64,000 bases of DNA from Mobula hypostoma (GCF_963921235.1 NC_086098.1:6262001-6326000), one strand, 5' to 3'; counted from the first letter of the stretch, positions 36,745 through 50,826 are shown. Notes: generated from the sequence alone by a model not told the origin. Made by a program: numbers and translations.

Positions 36745-38657
36745 GCTGCACCATCAGCACCCTGGAGACTGTACACCCGGAAGCTGCTTTCATCGTTGCC
36801 GGAGACTTTAATCGAGCATCGCCGACTAAAGTCTCTCCGAAGTTCTGTCAACACATCTAGGTGAGCACACGGGGAGATAGCGTAATCGACCACTGCTGCT
36901 CTCCCTTCCATAACGCTTACAAAGCACTCCTCCATCCGCCATTTGGGAAGTCTGACCACTCCTCCATCCTGCTTCTGCCCGTGAACAGGCAGAGGCTGAA
37001 ACAAGAGGGGGCCATAGTTAAAACCATCCACTGTTGGTCCGACCAATCAGTCTCCATACTACAGGACTGCTTTGGAATGTTTTTCGTGATGAGGATGTCT
37101 CCGAGTTCACAGAAGGGGTCTCGAGCTTCACCTTGAAGTGCATCAAAGATGCTGTCTCCCAAAAATTGGCCAGAGTCTATCCAAACCAGAAACCTGGATC
37201 AACAGTTCCATGTAAGCAGCACTTAACGCACGACACTGAGCTTTCGCCTCCGGTAACCACCAGGAACTCAAGAAATGCAGCTACGATCTACACAACTCTC
37301 CACCATCAACACGCAGCATATGGCAAGGTCTGCACACCATCACAATCTTCAAAGTTAAACGCAGTGGTGCTGCCAACATTACTGCCTCTCCCCCAGATGA
37401 GTTAAATCTTTTTTACGCTGGGTTCGATGCCCCCGAGGAGAGCCGCTGAAGTGATCTGCACCCTGGTCATCGCTGAGGCTGAGGTACTCAGGTGTCTCCA
37501 ACAGGTGGACAGTGACAAGGCTGCGGGACTGGTCGGCATCCCAGGGAAGGTTCTCAGGATCAACCCCGCACAACTGGCTGATGTGTTTACAGACATTTTT
37601 AATCTCTCCCTCTCCCTCCTGCTTCAAAATATCCACCATTGGTCCTGTACCTAAAAGGACCAAGGTAACATGTCATAAAAAACAACAGGCGTCCTGTTGC
37701 ATTCACCTCAATAATAAGCAAATGCTTTGAGAGGCTGGTCAAGGACACCGTCTGCAGCTTGATACCACCCACACTGGACCCTCTATAATTTGCCTACTGA
37801 CACAACCGATCGACAGATGACTCAGTAGCCACAGCACTACACACCGGCCTGACACATCTGGAGAAGAAAGATGCTTATGTGAGAATGCTGTTCTTGGACT
37901 ACAGTTCAGCACTCAACACCATAATTCCCTCCAGGCCTGACAAGAAGCTCAGAGACCTTGGCCTTGACCCTGCCTTGTGCAGCTGGATCCTGGACTTCCT
38001 GTCAAGTCGACAGCAGGTGGTAAGAGTGGACTCCTTCACCCCTGCCCCTCTGACCCTCAACACAGGAGCCTCCCAAGGCAGAATCCTAAGCCCCCTCCTT
38101 TACCCTCTGTACACCCATGACCGTGTAGCCACCCACAGCTTCAATATACTAATTAAATTTGCAGATGACACAACATAGATTGGCCTTATCCCAAATAATA
38201 ATGAGGCAGCCTACAGAGAAGAAGTCATCACCCTGACACAGTGGTGTCAAGAAAACAATCTCTCCCTCAATGTCGCAAAAACAAAGGAGCTGGTTATGGA
38301 TTATGCGAGGAACGGAGACAGGCTCACCCCTGTTGACATCATTGGATCTGGGGTTCAGAGGGTGAACAAGTTCCTCGGCATACACAACACTAAGGACCTC
38401 ACGTGGTCTGTACGTCCCAGCTGTGTGGTGAAGAAAACACAACAGTGCCTCTTCAAACTCAGACGGTTGAAGAAATTCAGCACGAGTCCCCAGATCCGAA
38501 GGACTTTCTACAGGGGCACAATTGACAGCATTTGGACTGGCTGCATCATCTCCTGGTATGGGAACTGTACGTCGCTCAATCACAGAACTCTGCAGAGACT
38601 GGTGAGGACAGCCCAGCGCAACTGTAGGTGTGAACTTCCCACTACTCAGGACATTAC
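36745..38657 (+). mobile_element. Rex1/Babar-type LINE (endonuclease end to RT), degenerate
   Basis: TRGDSVIDHC, FGKSDHSSILLLP, MLFLDYSSALNTI, NTGASQGRILSPLL, KFADDTT. Confidence 0.9.
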
Positions 38658-40258
38658 AGACTTGGATGGCTCAGGGCAGGAATGGCTACTTAGAGTACCA
38701 GGCTTTAGATGCTTCAGAAAGGAAAGGGAGGGGGCCAAAAGAATTGGTGGGGGGGAAGCACTGCTGATCAGAGATAGTGTCACAGCTACCAAAAAAGAGG
38801 AAGTCATGGAGGGATTGTCTACGGAGTCTCTGTGGGTGGAAGTTAGAAAGAGGAAGGGGTCAATAACACTACTGGGTGTTTTTTATAGACCACCCAATGG
38901 TAATAGGGACATCAAGGAGCAGATAGTGAGGCAGTTTCTGGAACAGTGCAATAATAACAGGGATGTTGTGATGGGAGATTTTCATTTCTCCAATATTGAT
39001 TGACATCTCCCTAGAGCAAGGGGTTCAGATGGGGTGGAGTTTGTTTGGTGTGTTCAGGAAGGTTTCTTGACACCATATGTAGATAAGCCTACAAGAGGAG
39101 AGACTGTACTTGATCTGGTATTGGGAAATGAACCTGGTCAGGTGTCAGATTCTCTCAGTGGGAGAGCATTTTGGAGATAGTGATCATAATTCTATCTTCT
39201 TTACAATAGCATTGGAGAGAGATAGGAACAGACATGTTAGAAAAGTGTTTAATTGTAGTAAGGGGAATTATGAGGCTATCAGGTAAGAAATTGGAAGCTT
39301 AAATTGGGAACAGATGTTCTCAGGGAAAGGTATGGAAGAAATGTGGCAAATGTTCAGGGGATATTTGTGTGGAGTTCTGCATAGGTATGTTCCAATGAGA
39401 CAGGGAAGTTATGGTAGGGTACAGGAACCATGGTGTACAAAGGGTGTTGAAAATCTAGTCCAGAGAAAAGAAAAGCTTACAAAAGATTCAAAAAAACTAG
39501 GTAATGATTTATAGGCATCCGTCAGTCTCATGAGACCATGGATTTCCGGGAAGTTTCCAGGGCGCAGGCTTGGGCAAGGTTGTAAGGAAGACCAGCAGTT
39601 GCCTATGCTGCAAGTCTCCCCTCTCCACGCCACTGATGTTGTCCAAAGAGAGGGCATTAGGACCCATACAGCTTGGCACCGGTGTCGTCGCAGAGCAATG
39701 TGTGGTTAAGTGCCTTGCTCAAGGACACAACATGTTGCCTCAACCGAGGTTCGAACTAGCGACCTTCAGATCACTAGACGAATGCCTTAACCATTTGGCC
39801 ACACATGAACACTAGGTAATGATAGAGATTTAGAAAATAATAAGGCTAGCAGGAAGGAACTTCAAAATGAAATTAGGAGAGCCAGAAGGGGCCATGAGAA
39901 GACCTTGGCGAGCAGGATTAAGGGTCATTGATCATGTGGATAGTCAGAGGTTTTTTCCCAGGGCTGAAATGGCTAACACGAGAGGGCACAGTTTTAAGGT
40001 GCTTGGAAGTAGGTACAGAGGAGATGTCAGGGGTAAGTTTTTTACACAGAGAGTGGTGAGTGCGTGGAATGGGCTGCTGGCGGCAGTGGTGCAGGCGGAT
40101 ATAATAGGGTCTTTTAAGAGACTCCTGGATGGCTTCATGGAGCTTAGAAAAATAGAAAGCTATGGGTAATCCTAGGTATTTTCTAAATTAAGTACATTTT
40201 TCGCACAGCATTGTGGGCTGAAGGGCTTGTATTGTGCTGTAGGTTTTCTATGTTTCTA
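38658..40258 (+). mobile_element. CR1 ORF2 APE endonuclease region joined directly to a CR1 3' end
   Basis: ESLWVEV, LLGVFYRPP, VVMGDFHF; jumps at ~39925 from LASRIK to IDHVDSQRFF. Confidence 0.88.
39509..39810 (-). mobile_element. tRNA-head/CORE-like/RTE-tail SINE
   Basis: 13-bp TSD ACTAGGTAATGAT at 39496-39508 and 39811-39823. Confidence 0.9.
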
Positions 40259-40309
40259 TTTACTTAGACTGGTGTGTAAAAAAGGCACGAAGGATCACTG
40301 GGGACCCGA

Positions 40310-41298
40310 GACATAGAAACATAGAAAACCTACAGCACAATACAGGCCATTCGACCCACAAAGCTGTGCCAAACATGTCCTTACCTTAGAACTACCTGGG
40401 CTTTACCCATAGCTCTCTATTTTTCTAAGCTCCATGAAGCCATCCAGGAGTCTCTTAAAAAATCCTATCGTTCCTGCCTTCACCACCGCCACTGGCAGTC
40501 CATTCCACACACTCACCACTCTCTGCGTAAAAAATTTACCCCTGACATCTCCTCTGTACCTACTTCCAAGCACCCTAAACCTGTGCCCTCTTGTGGCAGA
40601 CATTTCAGCCCTGGGAAAAAGCCTCTGACTATCCACACGATCAATGCTTCGTGTTATCTTATACACCTCTATCAAGTCACCTCTCATCCTCCGTCGCTCC
40701 AAGGAGAAAAGGCCGAGTTCACTCAACCTATTCTCATAAAGCATGCTCCCCAATCCAGGCTGCAGCCTTGTAAATCTCCTCTGCACCCTTTCTATGGTTT
40801 CCACATCCTTCCTGCAGTGAGGCGACCAGAACTGATCACAGTACTCCAAGTGGGGTCCTATATACCTGTAACATTAATTCGGCTCCTAAATTCTATCCCA
40901 CAATTGATGAAGGCCAATACACCGTATGCCTTCTTAACCACAGAGTCAACCTGTGCAGCTGCTTTGAGCATCCTGTGGACTCAGACCCCAAGATCCCTCT
41001 GATCCTCCACAATGCCAAGAGTCTTACCATTACTACTATATTTTGCCATCATATTTGACCTACCAAAATGAACCACCTCACACTTATCTGGGTTGAACTC
41101 CATCTGCCACTTCTCAGCCCTGTTTTGCATCCTATCAATGTCCCGCTGTAACCTTCTACAGTCCTCTACACTATCCACAACATCCCCAACCTTTGTGTCA
41201 TCAGCAAACTTACTAACCCATCCCTCCACTTCCTCATTGAGGTCATTTATAAAAATCACAAAGCTAAGGGTCCCAGAACAGATCCTTGAGGCACACCA
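40310..41298 (-). mobile_element. CR1 LINE 3' part
   Basis: Minus ORFs with [25 protein letters not shown]; (AAACATAG)n tail. Confidence 0.93.
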
Positions 41299-41299
41299 G

Positions 41300-43435
41300 A
41301 ACTTGCGGGTGTGAATTGGGATGATGTTTTTGCAGGGAAATGTACTATGAACATGTGGTCGATGTTTAGAGATCTCTTGCAGGATGTTAAGGATAAATTT
41401 GTCCCGGTAAAGGAAGATAAAGTATGGTAGGGTGAAGGAACCATGGCTGACAATTGAGGTGGAAAATCTAGTCAGGTGGAAGAAGGCAGCATACATGAGG
41501 TTTAGGAAGCAGGGATCAGATGGGTCTATTGAGGAATATAGGGAAGCAAGAAAGGAGCTTAAGAGGCTGAGAAGAGCAAGAAGGGGGCATGAGAAGGCCT
41601 TGGCAAGTAGGATAAAGGAAAACCTCAAGGCATTCTTCAATTATGTGAAAAAAAAAGATGACAGGAGTGAAGGTAGGACCGATTAGAGATAAAGGTGGGA
41701 AGATGTGTCTGGCAGCTGTGGAAGTGAGCGAGGTCCTCAATGAATACTTCTCTTTGGTATTTACCAATGAGAGGGAACTTGATGATGGTGAGGACAATAT
41801 GAGTGAGGTTGATGTTCTGGAGCATGTTGATATTAAGGGAGAGGAGGTGTTGGAGTTGTTAAAATATATTAGGACGGTTAAGTCCCCGGGGCCTGACGGA
41901 ATATTCCCCAGGCTGCTCCACGAGGCAAGGGAAGAGATTACTGAGCCTCTGGCTAGGATCTTGATGTCTTCGTTGTCCACGGGAATGGTACCGGAGGATT
42001 GGAGGGAGGTGAATGTTGTCCCCTTGTTCAAAAAAAGGTAGTAGGGATAGTCCAGATAATTATAGACCAGTGAGCCTTACGTCTGTGGTGGGAAAGCTGT
42101 TGGAAAAGATCCTTAAAGATAGGATCTATGGGCATTTAGAGAATCATGGTCTGATCAGGGACAGTCAGCTTGGCTTTGTGAAGAGCAGATCGTGTCTAAC
42201 AAGTCTGATAGAGTTCTTTGAGGAGGTGACCAGGCACATAGATGATGATAGTGCAGTGGATGTGATCTATATGGATTTTAGTAAGGCATTTGACAAGGTT
42301 CCACACGGTAGGCTTATTCAGAAAGTCAGAAGGCATGGGATCCAGGGAAGTTTGGCCACGTGGATTCAGAATTGGCTTGCCTGCAGAAGGCAGAGGGTAG
42401 TTGTGGAGGGAGTACATTCAGGTTGGAGGATTGTGACTAGTGGTGTCCCACAAGGATCTATTCTGGGACTTCTACTTTTTGTGATTTTTATTAATGACCT
42501 GGCTGTGGGGTTAGAAGGGTGGGTTGGCAAGTTTGCAGATGACACAAAGGTTGGTGGTGTTGTAGATAGTGTAGAGGATTGTCAAAGGTTGCAGAGAGAC
42601 ACTGATAGGATGCAGAAGTGGGCTGAGAAGTGGCAGATGGAGTTCAACCAGGAGAAGTGTGAGGTGGTACACTTTGGAAGGACAAGCTCCAAGGCAGAGT
42701 ACAAAGTAAATGGCAGGATACTTAGTAGTGTGGAGGAGCAGAGGGATCTGGGAGTACATGTCCACAGATCCCTGAAAGTTGCCTCACAGGTAGATAGGGT
42801 AGTTAAGAAATCTTATGGGGTGTTAGCTTTCATAAATCGAGGGATAGAGTTTAAGAGTCGCGATGTAATGATGCAGCTCTATAAAACTCTGGTTAGCCCA
42901 CACTTGGAGTACTCTGTCCAGTTCTGGTCAGCTCACTATAGGAAGGATGTGGAAGCATTGGAAAGGGTACAGAGGTGATTTACCAGGATGCTGCCTGGTT
43001 TAGAGAGTATGCATTATGATCAGAGATTAAGGGAGCTAGGGCTTTACTCTTTGGAGAGAAGGAGGATGAGAGGAGACATGATAGAGTTGTACAAGATAAT
43101 AAGAGGAATAGATAGAGTGGATAGCCAGCGCCTCTTCCCCAGGGCACCACTGCTCAATACAAGAGGACATGGCTTTAAGGTAAGGGGTGGGAAGTTCAAG
43201 GGGGATATTAGAGGAAGGTTTTTTACTCAGAGAGTGGTTGGTGCGTGGAATGCACTGCCTGAGTCAGTGGTGGAGGCAGATACACTAGTGAAGTTTAAGA
43301 GACTACTAGACAGGTATATGGAGGAATTTAAGGTGGGGGCTTATATGGGAGGCAGGGTTTGAGGGTCGGCACAACATTGTGGGCTGAAGGGCCTGTACTG
43401 TGCTGTACTATTCTATGTTCTATGTTCTATGTTCT
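41300..43435 (+). mobile_element. CR1 LINE, 5'-truncated, well preserved
   Basis: ORFs 41432-41686, 41658-42041, 42013-42978 and 42988-43362; (TTCTATG)n tail. Confidence 0.95.
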
Positions 43436-43837
43436 AAGATGTTCAAAAACTGTATAAAAGCTACCATTGCACATGCTGGGCTTGTACAAAATGGCTAGAA
43501 CTGAGTGCAATTGACTGGAGTGGCTGTTAGCCTTGGTTAGAGCCACACACAACAACCTAGAGGAGAGACTCCGAGCAGTACTAATCGCTGCCTGACAAAG
43601 AAGGAAAGCAGCAGCAGCCCCTCCACTTCCAGATGCAGCACAGTTTTCATGTCCTTATTGTGGACGTCTATGTCACTCACAACTTGGATTCAACGGCCAC
43701 CTACGAACACACAACATAACTGTAAAAACCTACGACAGACAACCAATCTTTTAGAGATACAACATGGAACAGACTCTTCCAGCCCTAGAGCTGAATAATA
43801 CAACAACTCACCTCTTTAACCTTAGCCTAATCACAGG

Positions 43838-44149
43838 GCACGTGGCCAAGTGGTTAAGGCATTAGACTAGCGACCTGAGAGTGACGTAAGTTCGAGCCCC
43901 AGCCGAGGCAACGTGTTGTGTTCTTGAGCAAGGCACTTAATCACACATCGTTCTGCGACGACACTGGTGCCAAGCTGTATGGGTCCTAATGCCCTTCCCT
44001 TGGACAACATTGGTGTCATGGAGAGGGGAGACTTGCAGCATGGGCAACTGCTGGTCTTCCATACAACCTTGCCCAGGCCTGCACCCTGGAGAGTGAAGAC
44101 TTTCCAGGCGCAGATCCATGGTCTCGCAAAACTAACGGATGCCTTTATT
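43838..44149 (+). mobile_element. tRNA-head/CORE-like/RTE-tail SINE nested in a V-SINE
   Basis: A box TGGCCAAGTGG, B box GTTCGAGCC; 10-bp TSD TAATCACAGG at 43828-43837 and 44150-44159. Confidence 0.9.
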
Positions 44150-45921
44150 TAATCACAGGACAATTTACAATGATCAACTAACTCAATAACCGATGTGTTT
44201 CTGGAGCATGGGAGGGAACTGGAGCTCCTGGAGGAAATCCGCATGCTCTCAGGAAAAATGTACAAACTTCTTACAGACAGAGCTGGAAATGAACTCCAAG
44301 TTCCAACAACTCGAGCTGTAACAGTGTCACACTAACTGCTAGGCTACTATAGTGCCCCACTTGCGTTTACAATTTACATATTCTTTTGAAAGGCAGTAAT
44401 TTTTTCCTTTTCTGTTTTATTTGTCATTTGTCTTGGGAGGAATGGTATTCTTGGAATCTCATTTCTTTTTCCTGTTGTATGTTTGAGATAGAATGGACCA
44501 TTATAACGAAACAGCAAACAGTGTCCCATTTCACATCCACTTCAGTGTTCACTGCTCTTACAGCTGAAGTGGATAAAAGCAAGGATAAGAACAAGAATTA
44601 TTGTTGTTGAGTGCTCTGTGCAATTGTTTATCATCCCTCTGTTTGCTAACTTAATGGCACATTAGTCCATTCAGTTTTATGCCTCTATTAAATTAATGGC
44701 TCCATGATGTCACATGAACATGGTGAATAATAACCCACTGAAATCATCTGCTCAAAATTGTAGGTTAAAGACAGAACGAATGACAAATGCTGGAAAGCTG
44801 AAATCAAAGCAAGGAATTGTTGAGCATCGACAGCAGATTTTTGTGTGACTGCATTTAACTGGTATCTTTTATGTGCTTGCTGACTTATATAATGCCAGAA
44901 CATCTGGACAGTACAGATGCATGCTTCAGGATATTTCCTATGGTTGGGGGAGTTTAAGACCACAACCTCATATAGAGGGGTGTCCCTTTAAAATGGAGAT
45001 AAGGAGGAATTTCTTTAGCCAAACAGTAATCTGTGGAATTTGTTACAACAGGCAGCTGCAGAGGCCAAACCTTGGGTATATTTAAGACAGTTGATAGATT
45101 CTTGATCTGCCAGGGCATGAAGGGATAAGGAGAGAAGGCTGGAAACTGGGGCTGAGAGGGAAAATTGATCAGCCATGATGAAATGGCAGAGCAGACATGA
45201 TGGGCCAAATGGCTAATTCTTCTCCTGTATCTTATGGTCTTATGGTCTAAGGATGCTCTTTATCGACTACAGATCAGCATTCAATACTATCACCCATTCT
45301 AAATTAATCAATATGCTTTAAGACCTTGGCCTCAATACCTTCTTGTGCAATTGGATCCTTGCTTTTGTACTTTGCAGTTCAGAGCTTGGCCACTGGCCAA
45401 TCCAGACATCGGAAGCTTGGAGAGAAGGGGATTTTAACTAGGTCCACTACCCAAGGATAAGCAGGCAGCAGCAGGTTGCTATAGTGAAAAGGTGCTCTGA
45501 CCAGAGACCAAACTACGCTTGGGATTGATTAGTAAGAGCAAATTAAGCGAAGGTGGGACAAGCACAGCAAACATCATCTGAGTGGACAGAGACAGACTGG
45601 TGATCTTGAGGCTTTAGCTCCTGGAGGCTTCAGAGAACAGAAGCTTCAGTCAGAGAAAGAAAAGTAAAGAAAAGCTCAAGTGTTTTTCTTTCTCTTCTTT
45701 ATATCAGCTCAGTTAGGACAGTAGAGATGCCAGGCAGGATAGTGAAATGCTCCTCTTGTGGGATGTGGGAAGGCTGGGAGACCTCCAGGGTCCCTAATGA
45801 CTACAAATGTGAGAAGTGCCTCCAGCTGCAATTTCTAACAATCTGCATTAAGGAGTTGGAGCTGGAACTGGATGAACTGTGGATTATTCAGGAGGCTGAA
45901 GGAGTGATGGATAGGACATAT

Positions 45922-46363
45922 TGTTACAATGTGGCATAGGGAGCAGCTGGAGCGGACCCAAGTGCAGGACACAGGAGCAGAGAGCGGGTTAGGATTCTTA
46001 CGCGGACTTGAACATTGACTTGGACTCAGAGCCTGGACTTGGATTTGACTTGGACACCGAGCCTAGACTTGGACTTGACTTGGACACCGAGCAACAAAAC
46101 AAAACAACAGACAATTAGTATCACGGCTTGGAGTAGCAACACATGGCCTGCAATACTCAGCCGGACACAAGACGACAAAAACCAACAACGACACTCCATT
46201 CGTATCTCGACCCCAGGTAGCAAGTGAAGTGGAAAATGGCCGGCAAAACTCAGCTGGACAACAGGCTCTCGACTCGACCCAGGAACTGTGGATGGCAGGC
46301 CCAGTGGAACACGGGGAAAAGAAAATTAACTGAAATGAGGAGTCAACGGACTGGACCGTGACA
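45922..46363. mobile_element. Solo LTR (442 bp), Gypsy-like termini
   Basis: TGTTAC...GTGACA; 5-bp TSD CATAT at 45917-45921 and 46364-46368; internal ~30-bp tandem repeats at 46003-46092. Confidence 0.85.
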
Positions 46364-46389
46364 CATATAGAGAGGTAGTTACACCCAAG

Positions 46390-46694
46390 ATTGCCAAGTG
46401 GTTAAGGCATTGGACTAGCTACCTGAAGGTTGTGAGTTTGAGCCCCAGCTGAGGGAACGTGTTGTGTCCTTGAGCAAGGCACTTAACCACACATTGCTCT
46501 GCGACGACACTGGTGCCAAGCTGTATGGGTCCTAATGCCCTTCCCTTGGACAACATTGGTGTCATGGAGAGGGGAGACTTGCAGCATGGGCAACTACTGG
46601 TCTTCCATACAACCTTGCCCAGGCCTGTGCCCTGGAAAGTGAAGACTTTCCAGGCGCAGATCCATGGTCTCGCAAGACTAACGGATGCCTTTAA
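46390..46694 (+). mobile_element. tRNA-head/CORE-like/RTE-tail SINE
   Basis: 11-bp TSD TTACACCCAAG at 46379-46389 and 46695-46705. Confidence 0.9.
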
Positions 46695-47097
46695 TTACAC
46701 CCAAGGTTTAGGACACAGGAAACTGGATGATAGTCAGGAAGGGATGAGGGTTAAGGAGCCAGTTCAGAGTACCCCTGTGGTCATCTCCCTCAACAACAAG
46801 TATATCACTTTGAATACTATTGGAGGGATGACCTGACCGAGGAAAGACACAGTGGTCAGGTCTCTGGCACAGAGTCTGCTTTTGTGACTCAGAAGGGTCG
46901 GGGGGGGGGGTGGGCCGCTGGTGGAGCAGAGGCGCGCTGTGGTGATAGGGGATTTGTTCGTTAGGGGAACGGTCAGGAGGTTCTGTGGGCAAGAATGAGA
47001 TTCCCAGATGGTATATTGTCTCCCGGGTGCCATTGTCCAGGATATCCTGGATCAAGTACTCAGCATTCCTAAGTGGGAGGGTGAACAGCCAGAAGTC

Positions 47098-47868
47098 AAC
47101 CAGGGTGCAACGAGACCTGGGTGTCATTGTACACCAGTCATTGAAGGTGCAACGAGACCTGGGTGTCATTGTACACTGGTCATTGAAAGTGGGCTTGCAG
47201 GTACAGCAGGCAATGAAAAAGGCGAATGGTATGCTGGCAGTCATAGCAAGAGGATTCGAGTACAGGAGCAGGGAGGTACTACTGCAGTTGTACAAGGCCT
47301 TGGTAAGACCACACCTAGAGTATTGTGTGCAGTTTTGGTCCCCTAATCTGAGGAAAGACATTCTTGCCATAGAGGGAGTACATAGAAGGTTCACCAGATT
47401 GATTCCCGGGATGGCAGGACTTTCATATGATGAAAGACTGGATCGGCTAGGCTTATACTCTCTGGAATTTAGAAGATTGAGGGGGGATCTTATTGAAACA
47501 TATAAAATTCTAAAGGGATTGGACAGGCTAGATGCAGGAAGATTGTTCCCGATGTTGGGGAAGTCCAGAACGAGGGGTCACAGTTTGAGGATAAAGGGGA
47601 AGCCTTTTAGGCCCGAGATGAGGAAAAACTTCTTCACACAGAGAGTGGTGAATCTGTGGAATTCTCTGCCACAGGAAACAGTTGAGGCCAATTCATTGGC
47701 TATATTTAAGAGGGAGTTAGATATGGCCCTTGTGGCTAAAGGGATCAGGGGTTATGGAGAGAAGGCAGGTACGGGATTCTGAGTTGGATGATCAGCCATG
47801 ATCATACTGAATGGCAGTGCAGGCTTGAAGGGCCGAATGGCCTACTCCTGCACCTATTTTCTATGTTT
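47098..47868 (+). mobile_element. Young CR1 3' end inserted in an older CR1 ORF1
   Basis: Nearly identical to 29575-30304; 5-bp flanking repeat AAGTC at 47093-47097 and 47869-47873. Confidence 0.93.
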
Positions 47869-49634
47869 AAGTCGTGGTCCATGTAGGTGACGATGACATG
47901 GGTGGGACGAGTGACAAGGTTCTGAATGGAGAGTTCAGGGAGTTAGGTCCTAAGTTGAAAGGCAGGTCCTCCAGCATAGTGATCTCAGGATTGCTACCTG
48001 TGCCATGTGCTAGTGAGGCCAGAACTAGGAAGATTATACCGTTTAATACATGGCTAAGGAGTTGGTGTGGGGGGGAATAAGATTTTTGGATCATTGAGCT
48101 CTCTTCCTGGAAAGGCAGGACCTGTACAGAATGGACAATTTGAACATGAACTGAAGGGGGACTAATATCCCAGAGGGAAGGTTTGTTAGCGCTGCACGGG
48201 GGGCGTTTAACCAAGAGTTGCAAGGGAACAGGAATCAGAGTGTCGAAACCGTTGGAGTGGTTGTGGTGGGAGATGTTGGTAAGATCTCAGAGAAAGCCAG
48301 GAATTAACTGGTTGATCCTAGTGTGACTAGTGTCCTCAGCTGCCTATATTTCAATGCTGAAGATGAGGTAGATGGTCTACAAACAGATCACAATGTGTAG
48401 TGAAGAGAGGCTGTTAATAGTGAAAAATTGCATCCAGCAGGACAGAATGAAGAAGGACTGAAGGTGTTGTATTTGAATGCGCACAGAATGCGGAATGAGG
48501 TAAAGGAACTTGCTGCATGGTTGCAGATTGCCAGGTATGAAGTTGTGGGCGTCACGGGAATATGGTTGAAAGAATAATGTATCAGAATCAGAATCAGGTT
48601 TATTATCACCGGCATGTGACGTGAAATTTGTTAACTGAGCAGCAGCAGTTCAATGCAATACATAATCTAGCAGAGAGAGAGAGAGAGAGAGAGAGAAAAT
48701 TAATAATAATGACAAACGAAATAAAATATAATAATAAATAGACAAGTAAATCAATTACATATATTGAGTAGATTTTTTAAAATGTGCAAAAACAGAAATA
48801 CTGTACAGTATATGAAAAAAAAATGAGGTAGTGTCCAAAGCTTCAAAGTTCATTTAGGAATCGGATGGCTGGGGGAAAAAGCTGTTCATCAGTTGCTGAG
48901 TGTGTGCCTTCAGGCTTTAGTACCTCCTACCTGATGGTAACAGTGAGAAAAGAGCATGCCCTGGGTGCTGGAGGTCCTTAATAATAGACGTTGCCTTTCT
49001 GAGACACCGCTCCCTGAAGATGCCCTGGGTACTTTGTAGGCTAGTACCCAAGGTGGAGCTGACTAGATTCACCACCCTCTGCAGCTTCTTTCAGTCCTGT
49101 GCAGTAACCCCTCCATACCAGAGAGTGATGCAGCCTGTCAGAATGCTCTTATTTGTTGACATGCCAAATCTCTTCAAACTCCGAATAAAGTATTGCTTTA
49201 ATAAAATACTTTAATAAAGTAAGGCTGTCTTGCCTTCCTTATGACTACATCAATATGTTGGGACCAGGATAGATCCTCAGAGATCTTGACACCCAGGAAC
49301 CTGAAACTGCTCACTCCCTCCACTCAGGATAGAGGGGTGCCCTTTCAAAATAGAGATGCGGAGAAACTTCTTTAGCCAAAGGGTGATGAATTAGTGCAAT
49401 TTCATAGTCATAGTCAGAGTCCTAGTCATACTTTATTGATCCCAAGGGGAATTGGGTTTCATTACAGTTGCACCAACCAAGAATAGAGTATAGATATAGC
49501 AATATAAAAACCATAAATAATTAAATAATAATATGTAAATTATGCCAGGAAATAAGTCCACGACCAGCCTATTGGCTCAGGGCTTATTTCCTGGCATAAT
49601 TTATTTGTTGCCGCATGTAGCTGTAGAGGCCAAG

Positions 49635-50826
49635 TCTTTGGGTGTTTAGTCACATCCTCAAAAAATTCAATCAGGCTCATAAGGCACGACCTGCCTTTGA
49701 CAAAGCCATGCTGACTATTCCTAATCATACTATGCCTCTCCAAATGCTCATAAATCCTGCCTCTCAGGATTTGCATCAACTTACCAACCACTGAAGTAAG
49801 ACTCACAGGTCTAAAATTTAGAAACATAGAAACATAGAAAACCTACAGCACAATACAGGCCCTTCGGCCCACAAAGCTGTGCCTAACATATCCCTACCTT
49901 AGAACTACCTAGGCTTTACCCACAGCCCTCTATTTTTCTAAGCTCCATGTAGCTATCCAGGAGTCTCTTGAAAGACCCTATCATTTCCGCCTCCACCACC
50001 GCCGCCTGCAACCCACTCCACGCACTCACCACTCTCTGCGTAAAAAACTTACCCCTGACATCTCCTCTGTACCTACTTCCAAACACCTTAAAGCTATCTC
50101 CCTTTCTTGAATAAGGGAACAACATCTGCAACCCTCCAATCCTATAGAACCTCTTCTGTCCCCATTGTGATGCAAAGATCATTGCCAGAGACACAACAAT
50201 CTCCTCCCTTGCCTTCCGCAGTAGCCTAGGGTACATCTCATCTGCTCCCAGAGACTTATCCAACTTGATGTTTTCCAAAAGCTCCAGTACATCCTTTTTC
50301 TTAATGTCTATATGCTAAAGCTTTTTAATCCGTGGTCACTTATACCTACAATCACAAAGATACTTTTCCATAGTGAATACTGAAGCAAAGTATTAATTAA
50401 GTACCTCTGCCATCTCCTCCAGTTCCATAAACACTTTTCCACTGTCACACTTGATTGGTCCTATTCTCTCATGTCTTATCCTCCTGCTCTTCACATACTT
50501 GTAGAATGTCTTGGGGTTTTCCTTAATCCTGCTCACCAAGGCCTTCTCACGGCCCCTTCTGGCTCTCCTAATTTCATTCGTAAGCTCCTTCCTGCTAGCC
50601 TTATAATCTTCTAGATCACTATCATTACCTAGTTTTTTGAAACTTTCCTAAGTTTTTCTTTTCTTCTTGACTAGATTTTCAACAGCCTTTGTACACCATG
50701 GTTCCTGTACCCTACTATCCTTTCCCTGTCTCATTGGAACGTACCTATGCAGAACGCCATGCACATATTCCCTGAACATTTGTCACATTTCTGCCGTACA
50801 CTTCCCTAAGAATATCGGTTCCCAAT
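49635..50826 (-). mobile_element. CR1 ORF2 middle fragment with a nested CR1 3' end (~49818-50095)
   Basis: RPVSLTSVVGKLM, QHGFVKGRSCL; inserted FFTQRVV piece with its own tail. Confidence 0.85.

Larger units (their letters stand above)
45430..48580 (+). mobile_element. CR1 5' part: ORF1 (zinc finger/leucine zipper and SGNH esterase-like) and start of APE, with three nested insertions
   Basis: CSSCGMWE...CEKCLQLQFL...ELELELDEL; AVVIGD; MVYCLPGA; VHVGDDD; VISGLLPVP; LKVLYLNA. Confidence 0.88.

Noticed and set aside
38296..39003. 235-aa ORF as a novel gene
   Set aside because: It is a chance in-frame junction of a Rex1-type C-terminus and a CR1 endonuclease fragment.
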